This document shows, in pieces, positions 44,601 through 52,437 of a stretch of DNA of 64,000 bases. Each line of letters begins with the position of its first letter. Position 1 is the stretch's first letter. The stretch comes from Gemmatimonadales bacterium. Lineage in GTDB: Bacteria > Gemmatimonadota > Gemmatimonadetes > Gemmatimonadales > GWC2-71-9. Made by a program: the position numbers and the translations under genes. The notes below the pieces were generated by a model. The model ran no database searches and had not been told where the DNA came from. It saw only the letters and a program-made list of their open reading frames with translations. The stretch covers positions 4,266 to 68,265 of the forward strand of contig DATGEQ010000114.1 in the NCBI GenBank assembly GCA_035309945.1, given 5' to 3'.

Positions 44601-46732
44601 GCGTCTTGACGAACATCATCGCGGGGACGGACCTGACGATCCTCGTCTACTTCCTGGTCCTGAATTCGTTCTACGCCGTGCTGCTCATTCTCTCCATCCC
44701 CGAGATCTGGGAGCAAACGCGACTCGCCGAAGACGAAGACTTCCAGCGCCTGATGCAGAGCGACGCCTTGCCGCCGATCACGATCCTGGTGCCCGCGTAC
44801 AACGAGCGCGCGACGATCGAAGCGAGCGTAACGGCGATCCTGACGCTCGAGTATCGCAACTACGAAGTCGTGGTGGTGAACGACGGCTCGAAGGACGACA
44901 CCCTGGAGCGGCTGCGTCACGCCTTCGACCTCTATGAAGTTCCACGCATCTATCCTGAGACGATCGCGACGATGCCGCTGCGCGCGCTGTACCGCTCGCG
45001 GTCGCGCTCACGACTGCTCGTGCTCGACAAGGAGAACGGCGGCAAGGCGGATTCGCTCAACGCCGCGATCAATGCGTCGCGGTTTCCCCTGGTCATAGCC
45101 GTCGATGCCGATACCCTCATCGAGCCGGACGCCTTGCTGCGGCTCACACGCCCATTTTTACTCGGCCGCGAGATTGCGGCGGTGGGCGGCACCGTGCGCG
45201 TGGCCAACAACTGCACGGTGAAAGACGGGCGCGTCATCGATGCCCGCGTTTCCCGCAAGCTGCTGCCGGGCATCCAGGTGGTGGAGTATCTGCGCGCATT
45301 CCTGTTCGGCCGCCTCGGCTGGAACCGCCTGGGGGGCAACCTCATCATCTCCGGCGCGTTCGGCCTGTTTCGCAAGGAGTACCTGATGGCGGTCGGCGGC
45401 TACCGTACGACCAGCATCGTCGAAGATCTCGATTTGGTCGTGCGGCTGCACCGCTACCTGCGCGCGCAGAAGATCGATTACGTTATGCCGTTCATTCCGG
45501 ACCCGGTGGCGTGGACCGAGGTGCCCGAATCGATGAAGGTCCTGTCGCGCCAGCGCGAGCGGTGGCATCGGGGCCTGATCGCCGCCATGTGGCAGTACAA
45601 ATCGATGCTCTTCAACCCGCGCTACGGGCGAATCGGGTTGCTGGCGATGCCGTTCTATGCCTTCGGCGAAATGCTCGCGCCGGTCGTCGAGCTGGCTGGC
45701 TACCTGATCACGGCGGTCGGCCTTGTGTTCGGAATGGTCAACGTCTCATTTGCGCTCCTGTTCGTCCTGGTCGCGTGGGGGTACGGCATGCTGCTATCGA
45801 TCTGGGCGGTCGTGCTCGAAGAAGTCAGCTTCCGCCGCTATCGCCGGTTCGACGATCTCTTCCGGATGCTGCTGTTCGCTTCACTCGAGAACTTCGGCTA
45901 TCGCCAATGCACGGTCTGGTGGCGGCTCAAGGCGTTCGTGAGCGTGTTCAAGGGCGTCCACGTCTGGGGGGACATGGCGCGCAAAGGCTTCGGAAAACCG
46001 AGTGTCGCGGCACTGCTCGCGCTGTGCCTGGCCGCGCCGTGCCTCGGTCAAAACGCGCGGCTGTCGGCCTGGAGCTCGTACGAGTCCGTCTCCGGCAGTC
46101 AGGACTGGTCGACCCTCGGCGGTCAGTTTACTGTCACGTCAGCGCACGGGAACGGCGGCTGGATTGCCGCCGAGATGCTCGGCCGGTTCGGCAAGACGGA
46201 TGTGCACGAGCGGATCGGTGCGGTTCTCCATCCGACGCCACGGCTCTGGCTCACCGCCGAGGCAGGCACGTCCAAGCACCCGGTGTTCTCGCCGAAGAAC
46301 ACCTGGGAGTTGGACGCGAGCGCGCTCGTCGCACCGCGCGTTTCGGCGGGACTCGGGTACCGACGCTGGAATTACGTGGTCGGTCCGGTGGACGTCTGGA
46401 TGCCACACCTGGAGACCGAAACGGCCAAGATGTCCTGGGCGCTGCGTTTTTCTGTGTCCCGCAATCCAACCCACCGAACGGACCTGGCCGGATCCGTCAG
46501 AGCATCGCGCGCGATTTCGCATCGCACCACCATTTCGGTGCTCGGCGCCGGAGGCCGGGAGAGCTACTTCGTCGGCGGCTCGATACAGTCGCTGAAAACG
46601 CTTACCGGTGTGGCGGGTGTCCGCTACAATGCTGCGCGCGGCACGACGCTGCGGCTCGACGTTAGCGCGATTCACTCGAGTCCCGTTTTGTCCCGCGGCG
46701 GAGTCGCGATCGGTGTGGAACGGGGCCTCTGA
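44597..46732 (+). CDS. processive family-2 glycosyltransferase (PgaC/YaiP-like synthase) fused in frame to a YaiO-like outer-membrane beta-barrel domain
   Basis: Single 711-codon ORF. GT2 motifs VVVNDGSKDDT, AVDADT, QRERW, then 4-5 TM helices. From codon 460: a signal-peptide-like segment plus a roughly 225-aa beta-rich domain. Confidence 0.8.
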   Translation: MSVLTNIIAGTDLTILVYFLVLNSFYAVLLILSIPEIWEQTRLAEDEDFQRLMQSDALPPITILVPAYNERATIEASVTAILTLEYRNYEVVVVNDGSKDDTLERLRHAFDLYEVPRIYPETIATMPLRALYRSRSRSRLLVLDKENGGKADSLNAAINASRFPLVIAVDADTLIEPDALLRLTRPFLLGREIAAVGGTVRVANNCTVKDGRVIDARVSRKLLPGIQVVEYLRAFLFGRLGWNRLGGNLIISGAFGLFRKEYLMAVGGYRTTSIVEDLDLVVRLHRYLRAQKIDYVMPFIPDPVAWTEVPESMKVLSRQRERWHRGLIAAMWQYKSMLFNPRYGRIGLLAMPFYAFGEMLAPVVELAGYLITAVGLVFGMVNVSFALLFVLVAWGYGMLLSIWAVVLEEVSFRRYRRFDDLFRMLLFASLENFGYRQCTVWWRLKAFVSVFKGVHVWGDMARKGFGKPSVAALLALCLAAPCLGQNARLSAWSSYESVSGSQDWSTLGGQFTVTSAHGNGGWIAAEMLGRFGKTDVHERIGAVLHPTPRLWLTAEAGTSKHPVFSPKNTWELDASALVAPRVSAGLGYRRWNYVVGPVDVWMPHLETETAKMSWALRFSVSRNPTHRTDLAGSVRASRAISHRTTISVLGAGGRESYFVGGSIQSLKTLTGVAGVRYNAARGTTLRLDVSAIHSSPVLSRGGVAIGVERGL
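45974..46732 (+). CDS. possible independently initiated YaiO-like OM beta-barrel (nested, in frame with the GT2 ORF)
   Basis: ATG 45974 preceded by GGGGGG. MARKGFGKPSVAALLALCLAAPCLG|QN looks like a Sec signal. At 252 aa the length is about that of E. coli YaiO. Segments ..RLWLTAEAGTSKHPVFSPKN.. and ..GLGYRRWNY.. resemble my recollection of YaiO ..NWLTTRTGIAFADNTPVFARQD.. and ..TGYRYTKYY... Confidence 0.4.
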   Translation: MARKGFGKPSVAALLALCLAAPCLGQNARLSAWSSYESVSGSQDWSTLGGQFTVTSAHGNGGWIAAEMLGRFGKTDVHERIGAVLHPTPRLWLTAEAGTSKHPVFSPKNTWELDASALVAPRVSAGLGYRRWNYVVGPVDVWMPHLETETAKMSWALRFSVSRNPTHRTDLAGSVRASRAISHRTTISVLGAGGRESYFVGGSIQSLKTLTGVAGVRYNAARGTTLRLDVSAIHSSPVLSRGGVAIGVERGL

Positions 46733-46837
46733 GCAGGTGATTTGACGCACAGTTGCCTCCGTCCCGTTGTCAGGGTCTTAACGCATCAGCCACCGTGCCG
46801 TCTCAACCGGGACCAACAAACTTCTCGAGGACAGGCC

Positions 46838-47260
46838 ATGAAAAAGCGTACACTCGTCGCCGCGTTGCTCGCGCTGGCCCTTGGCGTACCCGCCGTGGTG
46901 CATGCGCAGCAGCCCGGCGATTCCAACCGAGACAAGCGCGAAGTGCGCAGCGACCGACGCGACTTGCGTCGTGATCGTCGTGACGCGCGCAGCGATCGGC
47001 GCGACATTAAGCACGACAATCACGATATCCGGCAGGACCAGCGCGAGCGCCGGCAGGACATGAAGCAGGGTGATACCACGGCGGCGCGTCGGGAATCGCG
47101 TGACATCCGGCAGGACCGGCGTGATGTTCGCGGTGACCGCCGCGACCTGCGGAGCGACCGGCGTGATCGCCGCTCCGACCGGCGTGACGTGCGGCAGGAT
47201 CGGCGTGATGTCAACCGCGACCGTCACGACAGCAGCGCAACTCCCCCAAAAAATCCGTAA
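46838..47260 (+). CDS. secreted highly charged heptad-repeat protein (DRRDxRx)n
   Basis: ATG 46838 with signal peptide MKKRTLVAALLALALGVPAVVHA|QQ. Residues 31-131 consist of about 13 imperfect 7-aa (21-nt) repeats. Confidence 0.6.
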   Translation: MKKRTLVAALLALALGVPAVVHAQQPGDSNRDKREVRSDRRDLRRDRRDARSDRRDIKHDNHDIRQDQRERRQDMKQGDTTAARRESRDIRQDRRDVRGDRRDLRSDRRDRRSDRRDVRQDRRDVNRDRHDSSATPPKNP

Positions 47261-47283
47261 TTGCCAGCGGAGATGATTGCCAG

Positions 47284-47311
47284 GTAGGGGCGCAGCATGC
47301 TGCGCCCCTAC
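47284..47311. repeat. 28-bp perfect palindrome GTAGGGGCGCAGCATGCTGCGCCCCTAC (REP-like / bidirectional terminator), copy 1
   Basis: Self-complementary 28-mer followed by TGTTTTTGTT. Identical copy at 58570-58597. Contains the TAG stop (47308-47310) of the converging dipeptidase gene. Confidence 0.8.
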
Positions 47312-48519
47312 TGTTTTTGTTGCCTGCTGGTTCTCGCGACCTGCTCCGCCGCGCGCATAATGCGCAGGATATTCAATCCGGCAACTTTCCTCACGTCCGC
47401 CGTCGACCAGCCCCGGCGCAGCAGCTCGGCGATCAGATCGGGAAACTTCGACACGTCCTCCAAACCCACCGGTACGTCGGTGATGCCGTCGAAGTCGGAG
47501 CCGATGCCGACGCAATCGACGCCCGCGACTTTGCGGATGTATTCGATATGATCGGCGACCTGTTGCAGTGTGGCATGAGGTCCACGGGCGTTCCAGACGT
47601 TCACCGAATCGGCGCGGGTGGCTGAATCGGCTCCCTCCGCGCGTAGCTGCTCCAACCGCGCATCGACGCTGTCGCCGTAGACCCGCACCGCCTCGGAAAC
47701 AAAGCCGGGATTGAAGTTCACCATGACGATGCCCCGGTTGGTCGCGACGAGCTTCAGGATCGAGTCCGGCACGTCTCGCGGATGATTGGTGAGCGCCCGT
47801 GCCGAGGAGTGCGAGAAGATGACGGGCGCGCGCGAGGTGTGAAGCGCGTCCGACATGGTCTGATCGTTGACGTGCGACAGGTCGACCAGCATGCCCAGCC
47901 GGTTCATCTCGAGCACGACCTGCTTGCCGAACGCCGACAGGCCGCGATGGGACGTATCGGTCGACGCGACGGCCCAGTCCAGGCTCCGCCAGTGCGTCAG
48001 CGTCATGTACCGCGCGCCCAGATCGTAGAACATTCGCAGCGCGCCGAGCGAGTTTTCGATCGCGTGGCCGCCCTCGATGCCGATCAGGCAGGAGAACTTG
48101 CGGGCAGCGAAGTTGTGCTCGACGTCGGCGGCGGTGTATGCCATCGCCATGCTGCGGGACGTGCTGCACAGCCGGTGCACGAGATCGATCTGCTCCAGCG
48201 CATACACCGCCGGATGCTGGCCGGAATCCATCGTCGTGGTGGGGACATAGGCGGCCCAGAACTGGCCGGCGACGTGGCCCGCGCGCAGCCGCGGGAGATC
48301 AGTCATGAGCTTCGGCTGACTTACCGCGAAGTCGACCGAATCGAGTCCCCCGCGCTCGCGAATCGCATCCGGAATGTCGTTGTGCCCGTCGATGAGAGGA
48401 ACGGTCATGAGGATGGCGATCGCCCGCGTGCGCAACGAGTCCGGCACGGTCTGGGCGGGGCAGCGGTGTGGCCGAGCGAGCGACAGAAGGATGGCGAGGC
48501 CGGCGAGCTGTTTGATCAT
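47308..48519 (-). CDS. M19-family membrane dipeptidase
   Basis: Signal peptide. ..IDGHNDIP.. ..LTHWRS.. ..VDLSHV.. ..IFSHSSA.. ..GIGSDFDG.. motifs. Confidence 0.9.
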   Translation of the reverse strand: MIKQLAGLAILLSLARPHRCPAQTVPDSLRTRAIAILMTVPLIDGHNDIPDAIRERGGLDSVDFAVSQPKLMTDLPRLRAGHVAGQFWAAYVPTTTMDSGQHPAVYALEQIDLVHRLCSTSRSMAMAYTAADVEHNFAARKFSCLIGIEGGHAIENSLGALRMFYDLGARYMTLTHWRSLDWAVASTDTSHRGLSAFGKQVVLEMNRLGMLVDLSHVNDQTMSDALHTSRAPVIFSHSSARALTNHPRDVPDSILKLVATNRGIVMVNFNPGFVSEAVRVYGDSVDARLEQLRAEGADSATRADSVNVWNARGPHATLQQVADHIEYIRKVAGVDCVGIGSDFDGITDVPVGLEDVSKFPDLIAELLRRGWSTADVRKVAGLNILRIMRAAEQVARTSRQQKQ

Positions 48520-48563
48520 GGCCAGAAGCTGGCGTCCACTCTACCTCTTATCAAGATTACGTC

Positions 48564-49046
48564 ATGGTGTCGATCACACTCGAGCTGAATGGTGAGCACA
48601 AGGAGATTGCCTTTGCGCCACACAAGACGCTGCTCGAGGTCCTGCGTGAGGATCTGAGTCTCACCGGCACGAAGCATGGCTGCGAATTGGGTGAATGCGG
48701 CACGTGCACGGTGCTGCTCGATGGAACGCCGGTCCTGTCGTGTCTGGTCCTCGGCGCGGCGTGCGACGGACGTGCGGTCCGCACGGTCGAAGGCATGGCG
48801 GAAAATGGGCGGCTGCATCCGCTCCAGGAGACCTTCGCGGATCTCGGCGCCGCCCAGTGCGGCTACTGCACACCCGCGTTCCTCCTGACAGCGGAAGCGC
48901 TTCTCGCGAAGAATCCCAAGCCGACGCGCGAACAAATCAAGCACGCGCTCGCCGGCAATCTCTGCCGCTGCACAGGCTACATCAAGATTTATGAAGCCGT
49001 GGAGTCAGCAGCGGCGCGCATGCGCGGTGAGATTCATGGCCGGTAA
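48564..49046 (+). CDS. (2Fe-2S)-binding small subunit of an XDH-family molybdoenzyme (HcrC/CoxS-like)
   Basis: Motifs CELGECGTCTV, ..CGYCTPAFLL.. and ..NLCRCTGYIKI... Confidence 0.9.
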   Translation: MVSITLELNGEHKEIAFAPHKTLLEVLREDLSLTGTKHGCELGECGTCTVLLDGTPVLSCLVLGAACDGRAVRTVEGMAENGRLHPLQETFADLGAAQCGYCTPAFLLTAEALLAKNPKPTREQIKHALAGNLCRCTGYIKIYEAVESAAARMRGEIHGR

Positions 49047-51456
49047 GCCCTCGGCCTATCGCATCATCGGCAAGGCACTCCGTAAGGTCGATGCCGTCGC
49101 CAAGGTCACCGGGACGACCAAATTCGCGGACGACCTCGCGCTTCCGCGCATGTTGTACTGCAAGCTGCTGCGCAGCACGCAGCCGCACGCGCGGATCGTA
49201 TCGATCGACACGAGCGCGGCCGAGCGGCATGAAGGCGTGCAGGCCGTCCTCACCGGCAGGAGTTTGCCGATTCCATTCGGGATTCTCCCCGTGTCGCAGG
49301 ACGAGCACGCGCTCTGCATCGACAAGGTTCGCTTTGTCGGCGATCCCGTCGCGGCCGTCGCGGCGACGAGCGAAGAGGCGGCGACCGCCGCGCTCGACCT
49401 CATCAAGGTTGTGTACGAGCCGCTCACCGCGTTCGACTCCGCCGCCGCGGCAGTCGCGCATCCCGAGCCGCAGATCCACGACTACGGCGATAGCGGCAAC
49501 ATCCATAAGCTGATCAATCTCGAATTCGGCGACGTCGAAACGGGATTTACCGAAGCGGATCTCGTCCGCGAGGATCTCTTCTTTTTCGAAGGCAACACGC
49601 ATTTGCCGATGGAGCAGCATGCGGCGGTCGCGACGTGGTCGCCGGACGGCAAGCTGACGCTGTGGACGTCGACGCAGACGCCGCACTACGTGCATCGCGC
49701 GCTCGCCAAGGTGCTCGAGCTCGCGCCGGCGCGGATCCGCGTCATTGCCACACCCAACGGCGGCGGCTTCGGCGGCAAAAGCGATCCATTCAATCACGAA
49801 ATCGCCGTCGCCAAACTCGCGATGCTGACCGGCCGGCCCGTGAAGATCACGTTGACGCGCGAAGAGGTGTTCTACTGCCACCGCGGACGCCATCCGACAC
49901 TCATGTGGGTGCGCACGGGCGTGAAGCAGGACGGATCGATCACCGGCATGCATTTCCGTTCGCTGCTGGATGGCGGCGCGTACGGCTCGTACGGCGTGGC
50001 GAGCACCTACTACACGGGCGCGCTGCAGACCGTCACGTACAACGTGCCCCGCTACCACTTCCAGGGCGCCCGCGCGTTCACGAACAAGGCACCGTGCGGG
50101 CCCAAACGCGGTCACGGCACACCGCAGCCGCGCTTCGCGCTCGAAGTCCATCTCGATAAGATCGCGGAAGAATTGAAGATCGATCCCGCGGAGCTGCGCC
50201 TCAAAACGCTCGTCCCCGCCAATTCTTTGACGGCGAATTACCTGCGCGTCGGCTCGATGGGTCTCGGTACCTGCATCGAGAAGGTCGTCGCTGGCTCGGG
50301 CTGGAAACGCAAATTCCGCAAGCTCCCGCAGGGCCGCGGGGTCGGCCTCGCGTGCTCCAGCTATATCTCCGGCGCCGGCCTGCCGATTTACTGGAACAAC
50401 CTGCCGCATTCCGGCGTGCAGCTGAAATGCGACCGCGGCGGCGGCGTCACCGTCTTCTGCGGCTCGACCGAAATCGGGCAAGGCTCCGACTCGATCCTCG
50501 CCTATATCGTCGCGGAAGTGCTCGGCATCGATCCGTTCGACATCGCCGTCGTCACCGCTGACACCGATCTCACGCCGGTCGACCTCGGCAGCTATTCCAG
50601 CCGCGTCACACTGATGAGCGGCAATGCGGCGTTGCAAGCCGCGGAGCGCGCGCGCCAAATCCTTGCCGTCCATGCCGCAAAGAAGCTGGAGGTGCCGGCC
50701 GAGCGCGTGACGTTCGCGGATGGCCGCGTGTTCGACAGCAAAGATCCGAAACGCGGTACGTCGTTCGCCGAGGCGGTGCAGTTGGCGGAGGCGGCCGAGG
50801 GCACGATCGGTACGGTTGGGTCATACACGCCGCCACAGAGCGCCGGAAAGTATCGCGGCGCCGGCGTCGGCCCGTCGCCGGCGTACTCGTACAGCGCGTG
50901 CGTCGCGGAAGTCGAAGTCGATCCCGAAACCGGAATCGTGCGCGTGCCGACGATCTGGATCGCGCACGACGTCGGCCGCGCGATCAACAGCGCAGCGGTC
51001 ATCGGGCAGGTCGAAGGCTCGATCTACATGGGCCTGGGCGAAGCATTGATGGAGGAGATGGCTTACCGGGGCAACCGCAACGTGATGCACAAGATCCCGT
51101 CGCTGCTCGAATACAAGAGCCCGACGACGCTCGAAATGTGCGATGTGGTCACCTATCTCGTCGAAGATCCCGACCCCAATGGTCCATTCGGCGCGAAGGA
51201 AGTCGGCCAGGGCCCGCTGCTGCCGGTGATGCCTGCCGTGGCGAACGCGGTCTACGACGCGGTGGGTGTGCGGGTCGACGAAGTGCCGATCACGCCGGAG
51301 AAGGTGTTGAAAGCGCTGCGCGCGAAGGCCAAGGGTGAGCCCGGTCGCGTCGGCCCGAGCGAATTCCCGGCGATTCCCTGGCCCGAGCCCACGCGCGTAC
51401 CGACGCCGTGGGAGGGCGGCGACGGCAAAGCGGTCGCGATGGAACGAGCTCACTAA
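49036..51456 (+). CDS. molybdopterin-binding large subunit of an XDH-family enzyme (HcrA/CoxL-like)
   Basis: ATG 49036 (MAGKPSAYRIIGKALRKVDAVAKVTGTTKFADDL). ..GGGFGGK.. and ..AKEVGQGPL.. conserved blocks. Confidence 0.9.
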   Translation: MAGKPSAYRIIGKALRKVDAVAKVTGTTKFADDLALPRMLYCKLLRSTQPHARIVSIDTSAAERHEGVQAVLTGRSLPIPFGILPVSQDEHALCIDKVRFVGDPVAAVAATSEEAATAALDLIKVVYEPLTAFDSAAAAVAHPEPQIHDYGDSGNIHKLINLEFGDVETGFTEADLVREDLFFFEGNTHLPMEQHAAVATWSPDGKLTLWTSTQTPHYVHRALAKVLELAPARIRVIATPNGGGFGGKSDPFNHEIAVAKLAMLTGRPVKITLTREEVFYCHRGRHPTLMWVRTGVKQDGSITGMHFRSLLDGGAYGSYGVASTYYTGALQTVTYNVPRYHFQGARAFTNKAPCGPKRGHGTPQPRFALEVHLDKIAEELKIDPAELRLKTLVPANSLTANYLRVGSMGLGTCIEKVVAGSGWKRKFRKLPQGRGVGLACSSYISGAGLPIYWNNLPHSGVQLKCDRGGGVTVFCGSTEIGQGSDSILAYIVAEVLGIDPFDIAVVTADTDLTPVDLGSYSSRVTLMSGNAALQAAERARQILAVHAAKKLEVPAERVTFADGRVFDSKDPKRGTSFAEAVQLAEAAEGTIGTVGSYTPPQSAGKYRGAGVGPSPAYSYSACVAEVEVDPETGIVRVPTIWIAHDVGRAINSAAVIGQVEGSIYMGLGEALMEEMAYRGNRNVMHKIPSLLEYKSPTTLEMCDVVTYLVEDPDPNGPFGAKEVGQGPLLPVMPAVANAVYDAVGVRVDEVPITPEKVLKALRAKAKGEPGRVGPSEFPAIPWPEPTRVPTPWEGGDGKAVAMERAH

Positions 51457-52421
51457 TGCTGCGATTACCCGCGTTTCGATATCTGCAACCCACCGCTCTC
51501 GCCGAAGCCCTTCGGATGAAGGCCGGTGCGGGACCGGACGGCATGTTTGTCGCCGGCGGCACTGATTTGTATCCAAACATGAAACGCCGTCATCAGGAGC
51601 CGAAGATTGTCATCTCATTGATGGCGATCCCGGAACTGCGCGAGCGGTCGGACAATCGGATTGGCGCGTGCGTCACGCTCAGCGACTTGACAGCCGATCC
51701 ACCATTCGGCCCATCGGCCCTGCGGACCGCCGCAGCCCTGGTCTCCACACCGCTGCTTCGCAACATGGGCACCATCGGCGGCAACCTGTGTCTCGATACG
51801 CGCTGCAACTATTACAACCAAAGCTATGAGTGGCGGAAGTCGATCGACTTTTGCATGAAAAAAGACGGTGCGATTTGCTGGGTGGCGCCGTCGTCGCCAC
51901 GCTGTTGGGCCGTCAGCTCATCCGATGTGGCACCGGTCATGGTCGCGATCGGCGCCGAGTATCGACTGATGGGAACGCAAGGCGAGCGCATCGTTCCCGC
52001 GGGCCGATTCTACAACAACGATGGGATCAACTATCTCACCAAACAGCCGGACGAAATCCTCGTCGATGTGCGCCTGCCCGTGCCCAATGGGTGGGACGCG
52101 GTCTACCACAAGCTGCGGCGGCGCGGCTCCTTTGATTTCCCCGTGTTGGGCGTCGCCGCTTGGATCCGGTGGAATGGCAGGACTGTTGGGGATGCGCGAG
52201 TCGTCCTGGGTGGCGTCGCTAGTTACCCACAGGAGATTCCCGCAGCGGGCGCAACATTGAAAGGCTCATCGCTCTCAGACGAGGCGATCGCCGCCGCGGC
52301 AGATGCAGCCTATCAACCTTCGAAACCGATGGACAACACCGATTTCGATTTGTCGTGGCGCAAGCAGATGACACGGGTCTACGTGAAACGAGCCCTCGAG
52401 GAGCTGAGGGCCCGCCACTAG
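51456..52421 (+). CDS. FAD-binding medium subunit (HcrB/CoxM-like) carrying a Cys-rich [4Fe-4S]-type insertion
   Basis: ATG 51456 (TAATG overlap). FAD motif ..VAGGTDLYP.. ..TIGGNLC... Insertion CLDTRCNYYNQSYEWRKSIDFCMKKDGAICWVAPSSPRCWA. Confidence 0.85.
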   Translation: MLRLPAFRYLQPTALAEALRMKAGAGPDGMFVAGGTDLYPNMKRRHQEPKIVISLMAIPELRERSDNRIGACVTLSDLTADPPFGPSALRTAAALVSTPLLRNMGTIGGNLCLDTRCNYYNQSYEWRKSIDFCMKKDGAICWVAPSSPRCWAVSSSDVAPVMVAIGAEYRLMGTQGERIVPAGRFYNNDGINYLTKQPDEILVDVRLPVPNGWDAVYHKLRRRGSFDFPVLGVAAWIRWNGRTVGDARVVLGGVASYPQEIPAAGATLKGSSLSDEAIAAAADAAYQPSKPMDNTDFDLSWRKQMTRVYVKRALEELRARH

Positions 52422-52437
52422 AGTGACCGCGCGAACG

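Noticed and set aside
46928-47230. Possible CRISPR array or non-coding tandem repeat because of 21-nt periodicity
   Set aside because: The repeats are contiguous, imperfect and in frame within an ORF that has a clean signal peptide. There are no spacers and no cas genes. I interpret them as coding heptad repeats.
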